From Escherichia coli (lineage in GTDB: Bacteria; Pseudomonadota; Gammaproteobacteria; Enterobacterales; Enterobacteriaceae): 64,000 nucleotides of DNA. Under the pieces are notes generated by a model, which saw only the letters and a list, made by a program, of their open reading frames with translations, did not search any database and had not been told where the DNA came from. Both the position numbers and the translations under genes were made by a program. The stretch is taken from assembly GCF_022846255.1 (NCBI RefSeq), contig NZ_AP025682.1; one strand, given 5' to 3'. Positions 51,806 to 64,000 of this stretch are shown here, one piece after another; positions within the stretch are counted from its first letter, which is position 1; every line of letters starts with the position of its first letter.

Positions 51806-52867
51806 ATGAAAACGATGCTGGCAGCTTATTTACCAGGAAATTCGACCGTCGATCTGCGGGAAGTTGCGGTGCCGACGCCGGGTATTAACCAGGTACTGAT
51901 CAAAATGAAATCCTCCGGAATTTGCGGAAGCGATGTCCACTATATCTACCACCAGCACCGCGCTACGGCGGCGGCACCCGATAAACCGTTATACCAGGGA
52001 TTTATCAACGGTCATGAACCGTGCGGGCAAATTGTGGCGATGGGGCAAGGCTGCCGCCATTTTAAAGAGGGCGACCGTGTGCTGGTGTATCATATTTCTG
52101 GCTGTGGTTTTTGCCCGAACTGCCGTCGTGGTTTTCCTATCTCTTGTACTGGCGAAGGAAAAGCGGCTTACGGCTGGCAGCGTGACGGCGGCCATGCTGA
52201 ATACCTGCTGGCGGAAGAAAAAGATCTGATCCTCCTGCCGGATGCACTGAGTTACGAAGATGGTGCGTTTATCAGTTGCGGCGTTGGTACAGCGTATGAA
52301 GGGATTTTGCGCGGCGAAGTTTCCGGCAGTGATAACGTGCTGGTGGTCGGTCTGGGGCCGGTCGGCATGATGGCGATGATGCTGGCAAAAGGTCGCGGTG
52401 CAAAAAGGATCATCGGCGTTGATATGCTGCCGGAACGTCTGGCGATGGCGAAACAGTTAGGAGTGATGGATCACGGCTATTTAGCGACTACCGAAGGTCT
52501 GTCGCAGATAATCGCCGAACTCACTCACGGCGGCGCGGATGTTGCGCTTGATTGTTCCGGTAATGCCGCAGGTCGCTTACTGGCACTGCAATCCACCGCT
52601 GACTGGGGACGCGTGGTTTACATTGGTGAAACCGGAAAAGTGGAGTTCGAGGTTAGCGCCGACCTGATGCACCATCAACGGCGGATTATCGGCTCCTGGG
52701 TGACCAGTTTGTTCCATATGGAAAAATGCGCCCACGATTTAACGGACTGGAAACTGTGGCCGCGTAACGCCATTACCCATCGTTTCTCGCTGGAACAGGC
52801 GGGAGATGCTTATGCACTGATGGCAAGCGGCAAATGTGGGAAAGTTGTGATTAATTTCCCGGATTAA
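51806..52867 (+). CDS. yphC: Zn-dependent alcohol/polyol dehydrogenase family oxidoreductase
   Basis: 353 aa from MKTMLAAY; GHEPCG zinc motif; GLGPVG Rossmann motif. Confidence 0.8.
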   Translation: MKTMLAAYLPGNSTVDLREVAVPTPGINQVLIKMKSSGICGSDVHYIYHQHRATAAAPDKPLYQGFINGHEPCGQIVAMGQGCRHFKEGDRVLVYHISGCGFCPNCRRGFPISCTGEGKAAYGWQRDGGHAEYLLAEEKDLILLPDALSYEDGAFISCGVGTAYEGILRGEVSGSDNVLVVGLGPVGMMAMMLAKGRGAKRIIGVDMLPERLAMAKQLGVMDHGYLATTEGLSQIIAELTHGGADVALDCSGNAAGRLLALQSTADWGRVVYIGETGKVEFEVSADLMHHQRRIIGSWVTSLFHMEKCAHDLTDWKLWPRNAITHRFSLEQAGDAYALMASGKCGKVVINFPD

Positions 52868-52878
52868 GGAGTCTGCGG

Positions 52879-53751
52879 ATGACCATCTATACCTTATCTC
52901 ACGGGCCGCTAAAGCTGGACGTTTCTGATCAGGGCGGCGTAATCGAAGGCTTCTGGCGCGATACGACGCCGCTGCTACGTCCTGGTAAAAAAAGCGGTGT
53001 GGCAACCGATGCCTCTTGTTTTCCGCTGGTGCCGTTTGCAAACCGGGTGAGCGGCAATCGTTTTGTCTGGCAGGGGCGTGAGTATCAACTGCAACCGAAT
53101 GTTGAGTGGGATGCGCACTATCTGCACGGCGACGGCTGGCTGGGGCAGTGGCAATGTGTCTCGCGCAGCGAAGATAGCTTGTGTCTGGTGTATGAACATC
53201 GCAGCGGTGTTTATCACTATCGGGTAAGTCAGGCGTTTCATTTAACGGCAGATACGCTGACGGTGACGCTCTCTGTCACCAATCAAGGGGCAGAGACGCT
53301 GCCATTTGGTACCGGCTGGCATCCTTATTTTCCGTTGTCGCCGCAAACGCGGATTCAGGCACAGGCGAGCGGTTACTGGCTGGAGCGGGAGCAGTGGCTG
53401 GCGGGTGAATTTTGCGAGCAGCTACCGCAGGAACTGGATTTTAACCAGCTCACGCCGTTGCCGCGCCAGTGGGTAAACAATGGTTTTGCCGGATGGAATG
53501 GTAAGGCCCGCATCGAGCAGCCGCAGGAGGGTTATGCCATCATCATGGAAACGACGACACCTGCACCGTGTTATTTCATCTTTGTTTCAGACCCGGCGTT
53601 TGATAAAGGATATGCGTTTGATTTCTTCTGTCTGGAACCGATGAGCCATGCGCCGGATGACCATCATCGCCCGGAAGGTGGTGACCTCATTGCGCTTGCA
53701 CCAGGGGAATCAACAACTTCAGAGATGTCGTTGCGGGTTGCGTTACTGTAA
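52879..53751 (+). CDS. yphB: Aldose 1-epimerase family protein
   Basis: 290 aa; operon position. Confidence 0.75.
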   Translation: MTIYTLSHGPLKLDVSDQGGVIEGFWRDTTPLLRPGKKSGVATDASCFPLVPFANRVSGNRFVWQGREYQLQPNVEWDAHYLHGDGWLGQWQCVSRSEDSLCLVYEHRSGVYHYRVSQAFHLTADTLTVTLSVTNQGAETLPFGTGWHPYFPLSPQTRIQAQASGYWLEREQWLAGEFCEQLPQELDFNQLTPLPRQWVNNGFAGWNGKARIEQPQEGYAIIMETTTPAPCYFIFVSDPAFDKGYAFDFFCLEPMSHAPDDHHRPEGGDLIALAPGESTTSEMSLRVALL

Positions 53752-53759
53752 TTTATAAA

Positions 53760-53792
53760 ATGCCGGATAAGGCGTTCACGCCGCATCCGGCA
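53760..53792. repeat. REP palindromic element
   Basis: TGCCGGATAAGGCGTTCACGCCGCATCCGGCA between convergent yphB and yphA. Confidence 0.6.
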
Positions 53793-53798
53793 TCTTTC

Positions 53799-54221
53799 CT
53801 AACGGCGATCGAGAGAAATCGCCCCCGGCCCGGTAATTGCCAACAGCAGGAATGCGCCAGCGATACTGACATTCTTCCAGAAATTAATCATATTTGGCCC
53901 AACCGCATCGCCGGTCATATCCCAGTAATGGTGACCAATTACCGCTGTACCCAGCGTGTAGAAAATAAACAGCACCGCCAGCGGACGGGTGAAAAAGCCA
54001 AGCACGATTAATATCGCGGCGGGCACTTCCATAACTACCGCAATAATCGCTGCCAGCATCGGCATTGGCGCGCCCAGCGAGGCCATATATTGGACCGTAC
54101 CGTCAAAGCCCATCATTTTGGGAAAACCAAAAATAATGAAAATTAAGACCACGGCGATACGGGCAATTAATAACAAAACGGGGCGTGCAGCACCAAAATC
54201 AAAATAACGTAGTGTGTTCAT
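53799..54221 (-). CDS. yphA: DoxX-family inner membrane protein
   Basis: 140 aa from MNTLRYFDF; four hydrophobic helices. Confidence 0.75.
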
Positions 54222-54317
54222 AACCAATCCCTTTGCAAGATAATGTGATTTAAACGTAATACACACTCTGGCACCTCGCCACGCCCCAGGAGTTGAGATA
54301 TTCGCTAATTGTCCTGG

Positions 54318-55529
<1,212 letters not shown>

Positions 55530-56342
55530 TTAAAGATCCAGCCCAGCCGCTACGTGGCGAATGCCGCGAATCGCTAAACCCGCATCAGCGTTGATCATCA
55601 CACCGCTTAATGCGCGATTATTGCGCCGCGATGCCAACATCACATACGGACCCGTAAAATCCGCCGGTTGCGGGAAAAATTGCAGCGGTAATATGGCGGC
55701 AATTTTCTCCGGCGTCAGAGACTGCATTATCGAGGTTTCACTTTGCCCGAGCGCCTGTGGGCCGCGCAGGTCGCTGGCCATACCACACGGGCCGACGCCA
55801 TTCACCCGCACTTTCGGTGCCAGTTCATAAGCCAGTTGGCGAATAAGTCCGGTTGCGGCATGTTTACTGGCGGTGTACAGCGGGCCACCGCCGCCGGGAT
55901 ACCAGGCGGCATTTGACAGTGTGAAAATCATGCTGCCTTCACTGGCGATTAACGCCGGAGCGCAGGCTTTTGCGCCCAGCAGGTAACCGAGTACGTTGAC
56001 GTTAAACAGCTCGTGGAAGCCGGTTTCGAGCGTCTCTGCGGGAGTATTAACCAGTGAGGCATTGTGATCCCAGATGCCCGCATTGCCGATAAAACAATCC
56101 AGTTTGCCAGAACGAGTCAGGATCTGATCGATCGCGCGTTGATAATCGGTATAACAGGTCACGTTGCCTTCCACCGCCAGAATATGTTCACCAAATCGCT
56201 GACGCAGACTGGCGACTTTCGCCGCCGACAGTTCCAACGTGGCAACCTGCGCGCCTTCTTCGATAAATCGCTCGACCAGCGCCAGGCCTAATCCCGAACC
56301 GCCGCCGGTAATAAAGATGGACTCGTTATGCAGATCGCTCAT
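55530..56342 (-). CDS. hcaB: cis-Dihydrodiol dehydrogenase (SDR family)
   Basis: 270 aa; SDR motifs TGGGSGLG and YTASK. Confidence 0.85.
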   Translation of the reverse strand: MSDLHNESIFITGGGSGLGLALVERFIEEGAQVATLELSAAKVASLRQRFGEHILAVEGNVTCYTDYQRAIDQILTRSGKLDCFIGNAGIWDHNASLVNTPAETLETGFHELFNVNVLGYLLGAKACAPALIASEGSMIFTLSNAAWYPGGGGPLYTASKHAATGLIRQLAYELAPKVRVNGVGPCGMASDLRGPQALGQSETSIMQSLTPEKIAAILPLQFFPQPADFTGPYVMLASRRNNRALSGVMINADAGLAIRGIRHVAAGLDL

Positions 56343-56658
56343 GGCTGCGCCTCCGGTAAGTCGATGAAGATGTCACCACCTTCAACGTGTACTGGATAAG
56401 TGGTTAGCGGATCGGTGGCGGGCAGGCATAATGCTTTCCCCGTTTTCAGGCAAAAACTGGCGGCGTGCAGCGGGCACTCCACCGTGGCGTCATCTTCCAG
56501 ATACCCTTCTGACATCGACGCATTACCATGGCTGCAACGATCGTTAATGGCATAAAACTCGCCGCCTACGTTGAACAGGGCGATGACGGGCGAGGTATCG
56601 ATCCGGAGAGCCTCACCCTCCGGCACATCCGCAACGGGACACGCATAAATTCGATTCA

Positions 56659-56659
<1 letters not shown>
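56339..56659 (-). CDS. hcaC: Rieske-type ferredoxin of 3-phenylpropionate dioxygenase
   Basis: 106 aa; Rieske motifs CSHG and CPLH. Confidence 0.85.
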
Positions 56660-58571
<1,912 letters not shown>

Positions 58572-58670
58572 CTATTTTTGTGCCATAAGGATGTTGCTGG
58601 TTGGTTGCTGATATGTGAAATAGTTAATTTCTACCAGCTGAGACGTTTTTTCGATAACAAGGGGAAGGTG

Positions 58671-59561
58671 ATGGAACTACGGCATTTACGCTATTTCGTC
58701 GCAGTGGCGCAGGCACTGAACTTTACCCGTGCGGCGGAAAAACTGCATACCTCACAGCCTTCGTTAAGCAGCCAGATCCGCGATCTTGAAAACTGTGTCG
58801 GTGTTCCGTTACTGGTGAGGGATAAGCGCAAAGTCGCGTTGACGGCGGCGGGAGAATGTTTTCTCCAGGACGCGCTGGCAATCCTCGAACAAGCGGAAAA
58901 TGCCAAATTACGGGCGCGGAAAATTGTTCAGGAAGACAGACAATTAACCATTGGCTTTGTGCCATCGGCGGAAGTGAATTTACTGCCAAAAGTATTACCG
59001 ATGTTTCGTCTCAGACAGCCAGACACCTTAATTGAGCTGGTGAGTTTAATCACCACGGAACAGGAAGAAAAAATTCGCCGTGGTGAACTCGACGTCGGCT
59101 TAATGCGCCATCCCGTTTATAGCCCGGAGATTGATTATCTGGAGCTTTTTGACGAACCATTAGTGGTGGTGTTACCGGTTGATCACCCTTTAGCACATGA
59201 AAAAGAGATCACTGCCGCGCAACTGGATGGCGTGAATTTCGTCAGTACTGATCCAGCGTATTCCGGTTCGCTTGCGCCGATCGTTAAAGCGTGGTTTGCG
59301 CAAGAAAACAGCCAGCCAAATATCGTCCAGGTGGCAACGAATATTCTGGTGACCATGAATCTGGTGGGGATGGGGCTGGGCGTCACTTTGATACCCGGTT
59401 ATATGAATAATTTTAATACCGGCCAGGTGGTATTTCGACCCATTGCCGGAAATGTGCCTGCCATTGCTTTACTGATGGCGTGGAAAAAAGGGGAGATGAA
59501 GCCGGCATTACGCGATTTCATCGCCATTGTGCAGGAACGTTTGGCATGCGTAACGGCATAA
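58671..59561 (+). CDS. hcaR: LysR-type transcriptional activator of the hca operon
   Basis: 296 aa from MELRHLRYFVAVAQALNFTRAAEKLHTSQPSLS (LysR HTH); divergent from hcaE. Confidence 0.85.
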   Translation: MELRHLRYFVAVAQALNFTRAAEKLHTSQPSLSSQIRDLENCVGVPLLVRDKRKVALTAAGECFLQDALAILEQAENAKLRARKIVQEDRQLTIGFVPSAEVNLLPKVLPMFRLRQPDTLIELVSLITTEQEEKIRRGELDVGLMRHPVYSPEIDYLELFDEPLVVVLPVDHPLAHEKEITAAQLDGVNFVSTDPAYSGSLAPIVKAWFAQENSQPNIVQVATNILVTMNLVGMGLGVTLIPGYMNNFNTGQVVFRPIAGNVPAIALLMAWKKGEMKPALRDFIAIVQERLACVTA

Positions 59562-59720
59562 TTACGCATTATTTTTGCAACATGCGTCGCGGCTCGCAGT
59601 TTTTTAGTGCTTGTGAACTGGCGTTACAGACATCAGGAAGCAGGCTCGAATATTCTTATTTTTCAACTTGCACCAACATTCGATTAACCCCAGACTAACG
59701 CCTCCTGACGGGAGGGACTC

Positions 59721-60860
59721 ATGGTTTTGCAATCCACGCGCTGGTTGGCGCTCGGCTATTTCACATACTTTTTTAGTTACGGCATTTTTCTACCTTTCTG
59801 GAGCGTCTGGCTTAAAGGGATTGGTTTAACGCCAGAAACCATCGGCCTGTTATTGGGGGCGGGTCTGGTTGCCCGTTTCCTCGGGAGTTTGCTCATCGCG
59901 CCCCGCGTCAGCGATCCTTCCCGCCTGATTTCCGCCTTGCGCGTGCTGGCACTGCTGACACTTCTCTTTGCTGTCGCCTTCTGGGCGGGGGCGCACGTAG
60001 CGTGGCTGATGCTGGTGATGATTGGCTTTAACCTCTTTTTCTCACCGCTGGTACCGTTGACCGATGCACTGGCGAATACGTGGCAAAAGCAGTTCCCGCT
60101 TGATTACGGCAAAGTGAGACTGTGGGGCTCGGTGGCGTTTGTCATTGGCTCGGCGCTGACGGGCAAACTGGTCAGTATGTTTGATTATCGGGTGATCCTC
60201 GCGCTGTTGACGTTGGGCGTGGCATCCATGCTGCTCGGCTTTCTCATCCGTCCGACGATTCAGCCACAAGGGGCAAGCCGCCAGCAGGAGAGCACCGGCT
60301 GGTCTGCGTGGTTGGCGTTGGTTCGCCAGAACTGGCGCTTTCTGGCCTGCGTTTGTTTATTGCAGGGGGCACATGCGGCCTATTACGGTTTTAGCGCCAT
60401 TTACTGGCAGGCAGCTGGCTACTCGGCCTCGGCGGTGGGGTATTTGTGGTCGCTGGGCGTGGTGGCGGAAGTCATTATCTTTGCGCTGAGTAATAAACTT
60501 TTCCGCCGTTGTAGTGCACGCGATATGCTGTTGATCTCGGCGATTTGCGGCGTAGTGCGCTGGGGCATTATGGGAGCAACGACGGCGTTGCCGTGGTTGA
60601 TAGTGGTGCAAATTCTGCATTGCGGTACCTTCACGGTCTGCCACCTGGCTGCCATGCGCTATATTGCTGCTCGCCAGGGTAGCGAAGTCATCCGTTTACA
60701 GGCGGTTTACTCTGCCGTCGCGATGGGCGGCAGTATCGCCATCATGACCGTTTTCGCCGGTTTCCTGTATCAATATCTCGGCCACGGCGTGTTCTGGGTG
60801 ATGGCGCTGGTGGCGCTTCCGGCAATGTTTTTGCGCCCGAAAGTTGTTACCTCATGCTGA
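59721..60860 (+). CDS. hcaT: MFS transporter (putative 3-phenylpropionate permease)
   Basis: 379 aa; 12 predicted TM helices. Confidence 0.8.
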   Translation: MVLQSTRWLALGYFTYFFSYGIFLPFWSVWLKGIGLTPETIGLLLGAGLVARFLGSLLIAPRVSDPSRLISALRVLALLTLLFAVAFWAGAHVAWLMLVMIGFNLFFSPLVPLTDALANTWQKQFPLDYGKVRLWGSVAFVIGSALTGKLVSMFDYRVILALLTLGVASMLLGFLIRPTIQPQGASRQQESTGWSAWLALVRQNWRFLACVCLLQGAHAAYYGFSAIYWQAAGYSASAVGYLWSLGVVAEVIIFALSNKLFRRCSARDMLLISAICGVVRWGIMGATTALPWLIVVQILHCGTFTVCHLAAMRYIAARQGSEVIRLQAVYSAVAMGGSIAIMTVFAGFLYQYLGHGVFWVMALVALPAMFLRPKVVTSC

Positions 60861-62132
60861 TTCGAGCATTTTGCGGATCTGCTCCTGTTGATGTGTTGTC
60901 AATGTCAGGTCCGTATAGATCAGCGGTGGTGAAAAGAGCGGTAACGGCATGGTATAAGGCGCAATAATCAGTGCCGCGCCGCGCGGAGCGCCTGTCTGCA
61001 AAAATGCCTTTACCGACATATGTTTAATGTTGAGCGGCAGTAACGTTAGTTCGCGTAGCTGCTGCTCAATCTGCGCTTCTCGCTCGCTATCATTCCCGGT
61101 CAGTAGAATAATCTGTTTCTCATGCAGGTCGTTTTCCTGCATTAGCCAGGCACCAAAAATCACCGCTACCAGACCGCTTTCCTCATCAGAAAGATGGACG
61201 CCGTATTCACTTTCAAATCCGGCCAGCGCCGCGCGGGTGGTGCGCACCAGGCGTGGATACAGGCGGGCGAACTCTTCCGGCAGGGTGTTATCAATACCGA
61301 TGGCAAACAAACTGCGATTTAACGCCTGGGCGAGGTGGGTATAAAGCTGATCGCATAACCCCTGTTCATCATAAAAACGAACATTTCCCAGCTCACGAAA
61401 GTGGTTTACCAGACGTTTGATAGACTGACGCAGTTGTCTGTCCCGCTGATGCGCATCCCGCAGTGGATCGGGAACCCGCAACATGGAAAAGAGTAGAGCC
61501 ATAAACAGTGGCTCATCAGGCGGTACAGGCTGGAGTGCCCGACGCTGCCAGTGGCGTCCAATTTCCTGCGCTACCTGAAATTCAAGGCAGGATTCTGCCC
61601 AGCGACGTTGGAGCGGATTAAACTGAGGCGTAATTCCAGCGTGATGTTGCAACAAACAATATTGCAAATACAGACACAGGAAATGAATATCGCGCGTTTC
61701 AAAGCGTTTTTGCAGCCGTCGGGAGCAGAGATTCACTAACGCTTGTAGATTGGTATCGTCGTAAAAGTTACGCGCAATTCCGCGCCGCTTCAGTTCACTC
61801 TTCAGGGCGGGGGTGAATCGGCTGGTAATAAATGACGGACACAGACGGAAACCACGTCGTAGCCAGTGAAATAAACACAAACGTTGGTTAAGCACTGTAC
61901 CTTCAACCCGGTAGCTGCCGTCATAACCAGTAGTCAGTGTGAGTTGATGATAGCGCAGGATCTCCCGTCCTGTTTCGCTGATATCAAGACTGGCAATATC
62001 ATCATCCACACCATTAAGCTCGCTGAAAGTTGCCGTGGTGGCGGTCAACCCCGGCTGAAAGAGCGTCAGCAAGATCTGGCAGCGGCGCTGGGGAGCCGAA
62101 AGGACAGATGGTGGAGCAAGCGTAGGCATCAT
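60852..62132 (-). CDS. csiE: Stationary-phase inducible protein CsiE
   Basis: 426 aa from MMPTLAPPSV; synteny between hcaT and yfhR. Confidence 0.75.
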   Translation of the reverse strand: MMPTLAPPSVLSAPQRRCQILLTLFQPGLTATTATFSELNGVDDDIASLDISETGREILRYHQLTLTTGYDGSYRVEGTVLNQRLCLFHWLRRGFRLCPSFITSRFTPALKSELKRRGIARNFYDDTNLQALVNLCSRRLQKRFETRDIHFLCLYLQYCLLQHHAGITPQFNPLQRRWAESCLEFQVAQEIGRHWQRRALQPVPPDEPLFMALLFSMLRVPDPLRDAHQRDRQLRQSIKRLVNHFRELGNVRFYDEQGLCDQLYTHLAQALNRSLFAIGIDNTLPEEFARLYPRLVRTTRAALAGFESEYGVHLSDEESGLVAVIFGAWLMQENDLHEKQIILLTGNDSEREAQIEQQLRELTLLPLNIKHMSVKAFLQTGAPRGAALIIAPYTMPLPLFSPPLIYTDLTLTTHQQEQIRKMLESA

Positions 62133-62322
62133 CTGTAGATCTCCCATAAGCATAATTGATAAGAATAGCTAAAGTTTGCTCAGGGAAATGGCGAAGGGAA
62201 TGCTAATCATCAGAAATGTTGGCAAGCATCACAGAATTTTTCTCATTTTAAACTGTTCTGACCAGTGGATTAGCATGTCTTAAGGTGGTTTTGTGAATGA
62301 TTATCGTGCTAGTGATCATGGG

Positions 62323-63177
62323 TTAGTTCTGCGGATTCAACGCGCTAAGAATAAAATCCACCATCTGTTCGCGATAAACATCGCCGTGACGATCGGAAAA
62401 AGCATCAATGTGTTCGCCATCCGGGATTAGGATCAACCGTTTTGGTTCTTTTGCCAGGCTATACAACTTTTCACTGTGCTGCCATGGGATAACGTGATCA
62501 GCTTTACCGTGAATGAGTAAAAGCGGGATCGGGCTGACGCTGGCGATGTAATTTTCGCCGCTGTAACTCTCATCAAGTAAGTAGCCACTGCCGGGGATCA
62601 TCTGGTTGGCAATGGTCGCATAAGAGGCAAATGTGGAGTCGAGGATCACCGCACGTATGCCTTCACGATCACCCTGACCAATAACATCCAGAATATTCGC
62701 CCCGCCAATACTCTGCCCGAACAGCACCAGCCGTTGTGGGTTTACATCGCTGCGATGGCGCACCACATTGATGGCACTTTGCGTATCGTCCAGCAATCCG
62801 GCCTGGGACGGTGTGCCTTTTGATTTACCAAACCCGCGATAATCAAACATAAAAACGTTGAAATTACGCTCGGGTAACCAACTGACCAGCGGCCAGTGGG
62901 CGGACATATTTCCGGCATTGCCGTGAGCATGAATGATGGTTGCGATGGCGTTGTCAGCAGGGCCCGTCGAAGAAGGAATAAACCAGCCTTGCAGACGAGT
63001 ACCGTCCTTAGCCGTAAATTCGACGGATTCCGCCGACCAGGGGTCGGGACCGTATATTTTATCGTCAGGATAATAGAAGAAGTTGATGGCGACGCGCGGC
63101 ACTAAATAAACGCAGAAGGCAACAACAAAGAGAATAAACAGAATTTTGAGAACGCGTTTGTTCACTGGCAGCGCCAT
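62323..63177 (-). CDS. yfhR: Alpha/beta-hydrolase (S9 peptidase-like) membrane-anchored protein
   Basis: 284 aa from MALPVNKRV; N-terminal TM helix; nucleophile elbow GQSIG. Confidence 0.75.
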   Translation of the reverse strand: MALPVNKRVLKILFILFVVAFCVYLVPRVAINFFYYPDDKIYGPDPWSAESVEFTAKDGTRLQGWFIPSSTGPADNAIATIIHAHGNAGNMSAHWPLVSWLPERNFNVFMFDYRGFGKSKGTPSQAGLLDDTQSAINVVRHRSDVNPQRLVLFGQSIGGANILDVIGQGDREGIRAVILDSTFASYATIANQMIPGSGYLLDESYSGENYIASVSPIPLLLIHGKADHVIPWQHSEKLYSLAKEPKRLILIPDGEHIDAFSDRHGDVYREQMVDFILSALNPQN

Positions 63178-63321
63178 AACCTTTCCTTGCGACTTCTTTA
63201 TCATCCATTAATCGGGGAAAGATGGTGGGAGAGTGACGAAAGAAAGTAAAGCGGTGAGGAAGTATTTCGGAATAGCGCCTGAAAGGCGAGGGCGGGTGAG
63301 TGATATCACCCGCCTGAGTCA

Positions 63322-64000
63322 TTAACGCTTCAGAGCGTCGCTTAACTCGTCACGCATGTTCGCCAGCATGGCTTTAACAACGCGCGGGTTACCAGCAACG
63401 ATGTTACCGGTCAGCATATAGTTATGACCACCGGTGAAGTCGCTGACGATGCCGCCTGCTTCACGAACCAGCAGCTCGCCTGCCGCGAAATCCCACGGGC
63501 GCAGACCGATTTCAAAGAAACCGTCAACACGACCCGCAGCGACGTAAGCCAGATCCAGCGCCGCAGAACCGGTACGACGGAAGTCTGCACATTCGTTGAA
63601 CAGTTTGCCGACGATATTGATGTAGGTAGTGGCGTACTGTTTTGCTTTGAACGGGAAGCCGGTCGCCAGAATAGTACCGTCGAGATCGCGAGCGGTGCTG
63701 CCGCGCAGACGGTAGCCGTTCAGCTGTGCGCCCTGACCGCGAGTGGCGGTGAACAGTTCGTTACGCATAGGATCGTATACCACAGCAACTTCGGTGCGGC
63801 CTTTGATACGAACGGCGATAGATACCGCGAAGTGCGGCAGACGTTTGATAAAGTTGGTAGTGCCATCCAGTGGATCGATAACCCATTGAACATCCTGATC
63901 GGTACCTTCAAGTTCACCGCTTTCTTCGGTGATGATGGTGTGCTGTGGGTAAGATTTACGAATCGTGTCGATAATCACCGCTTCGGCAGCTTTATCTACG
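63322..64000 (-). CDS. suhB: Inositol monophosphatase; 5' end (N-terminus) lies beyond the window
   Basis: IMPase motifs WVIDPLDGT and DFAAG; frame continues to the window edge. Confidence 0.85.
   Translation of the reverse strand, partial: VDKAAEAVIIDTIRKSYPQHTIITEESGELEGTDQDVQWVIDPLDGTTNFIKRLPHFAVSIAVRIKGRTEVAVVYDPMRNELFTATRGQGAQLNGYRLRGSTARDLDGTILATGFPFKAKQYATTYINIVGKLFNECADFRRTGSAALDLAYVAAGRVDGFFEIGLRPWDFAAGELLVREAGGIVSDFTGGHNYMLTGNIVAGNPRVVKAMLANMRDELSDALKR

Overview
Positions 1 to ~27,950 are the right-hand part of a mosaic tailed prophage; the rest (~28,070 to 64,000) is conserved E. coli-type chromosome. All calls rest on reading the supplied ORF translations and the raw sequence; no database search or alignment was run, so family names are recalled motifs, not hits. 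Prophage order: 5'-truncated primase/replication gene, an iteron-type putative origin, Q antiterminator, holin/endolysin/Rz/Rz1 lysis cassette, small and large terminase, portal, head genes, tail genes with a tape-measure protein, a Mu-like baseplate module, and a Pin/Gin-type invertible tail-fibre segment with its invertase. The chromosomal part carries yfhH, pgpC, tadA, mltF, purL, the glmY sRNA, glrK-qseG-glrR, glnB, hmp, glyA, yphH-yphA, the hca cluster, csiE, yfhR and partial suhB. The best candidates for an undescribed system are (1) an AT-rich two-gene cassette (26,785-27,919, minus strand) between the invertase and the chromosome, containing a 10-G homopolymer, and (2) a self-contained two-gene insert (20,116-20,790) between baseplate genes encoding an exported small protein and a small membrane protein. 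Neither has any motif I recognise, so their function is inference from position and composition only.
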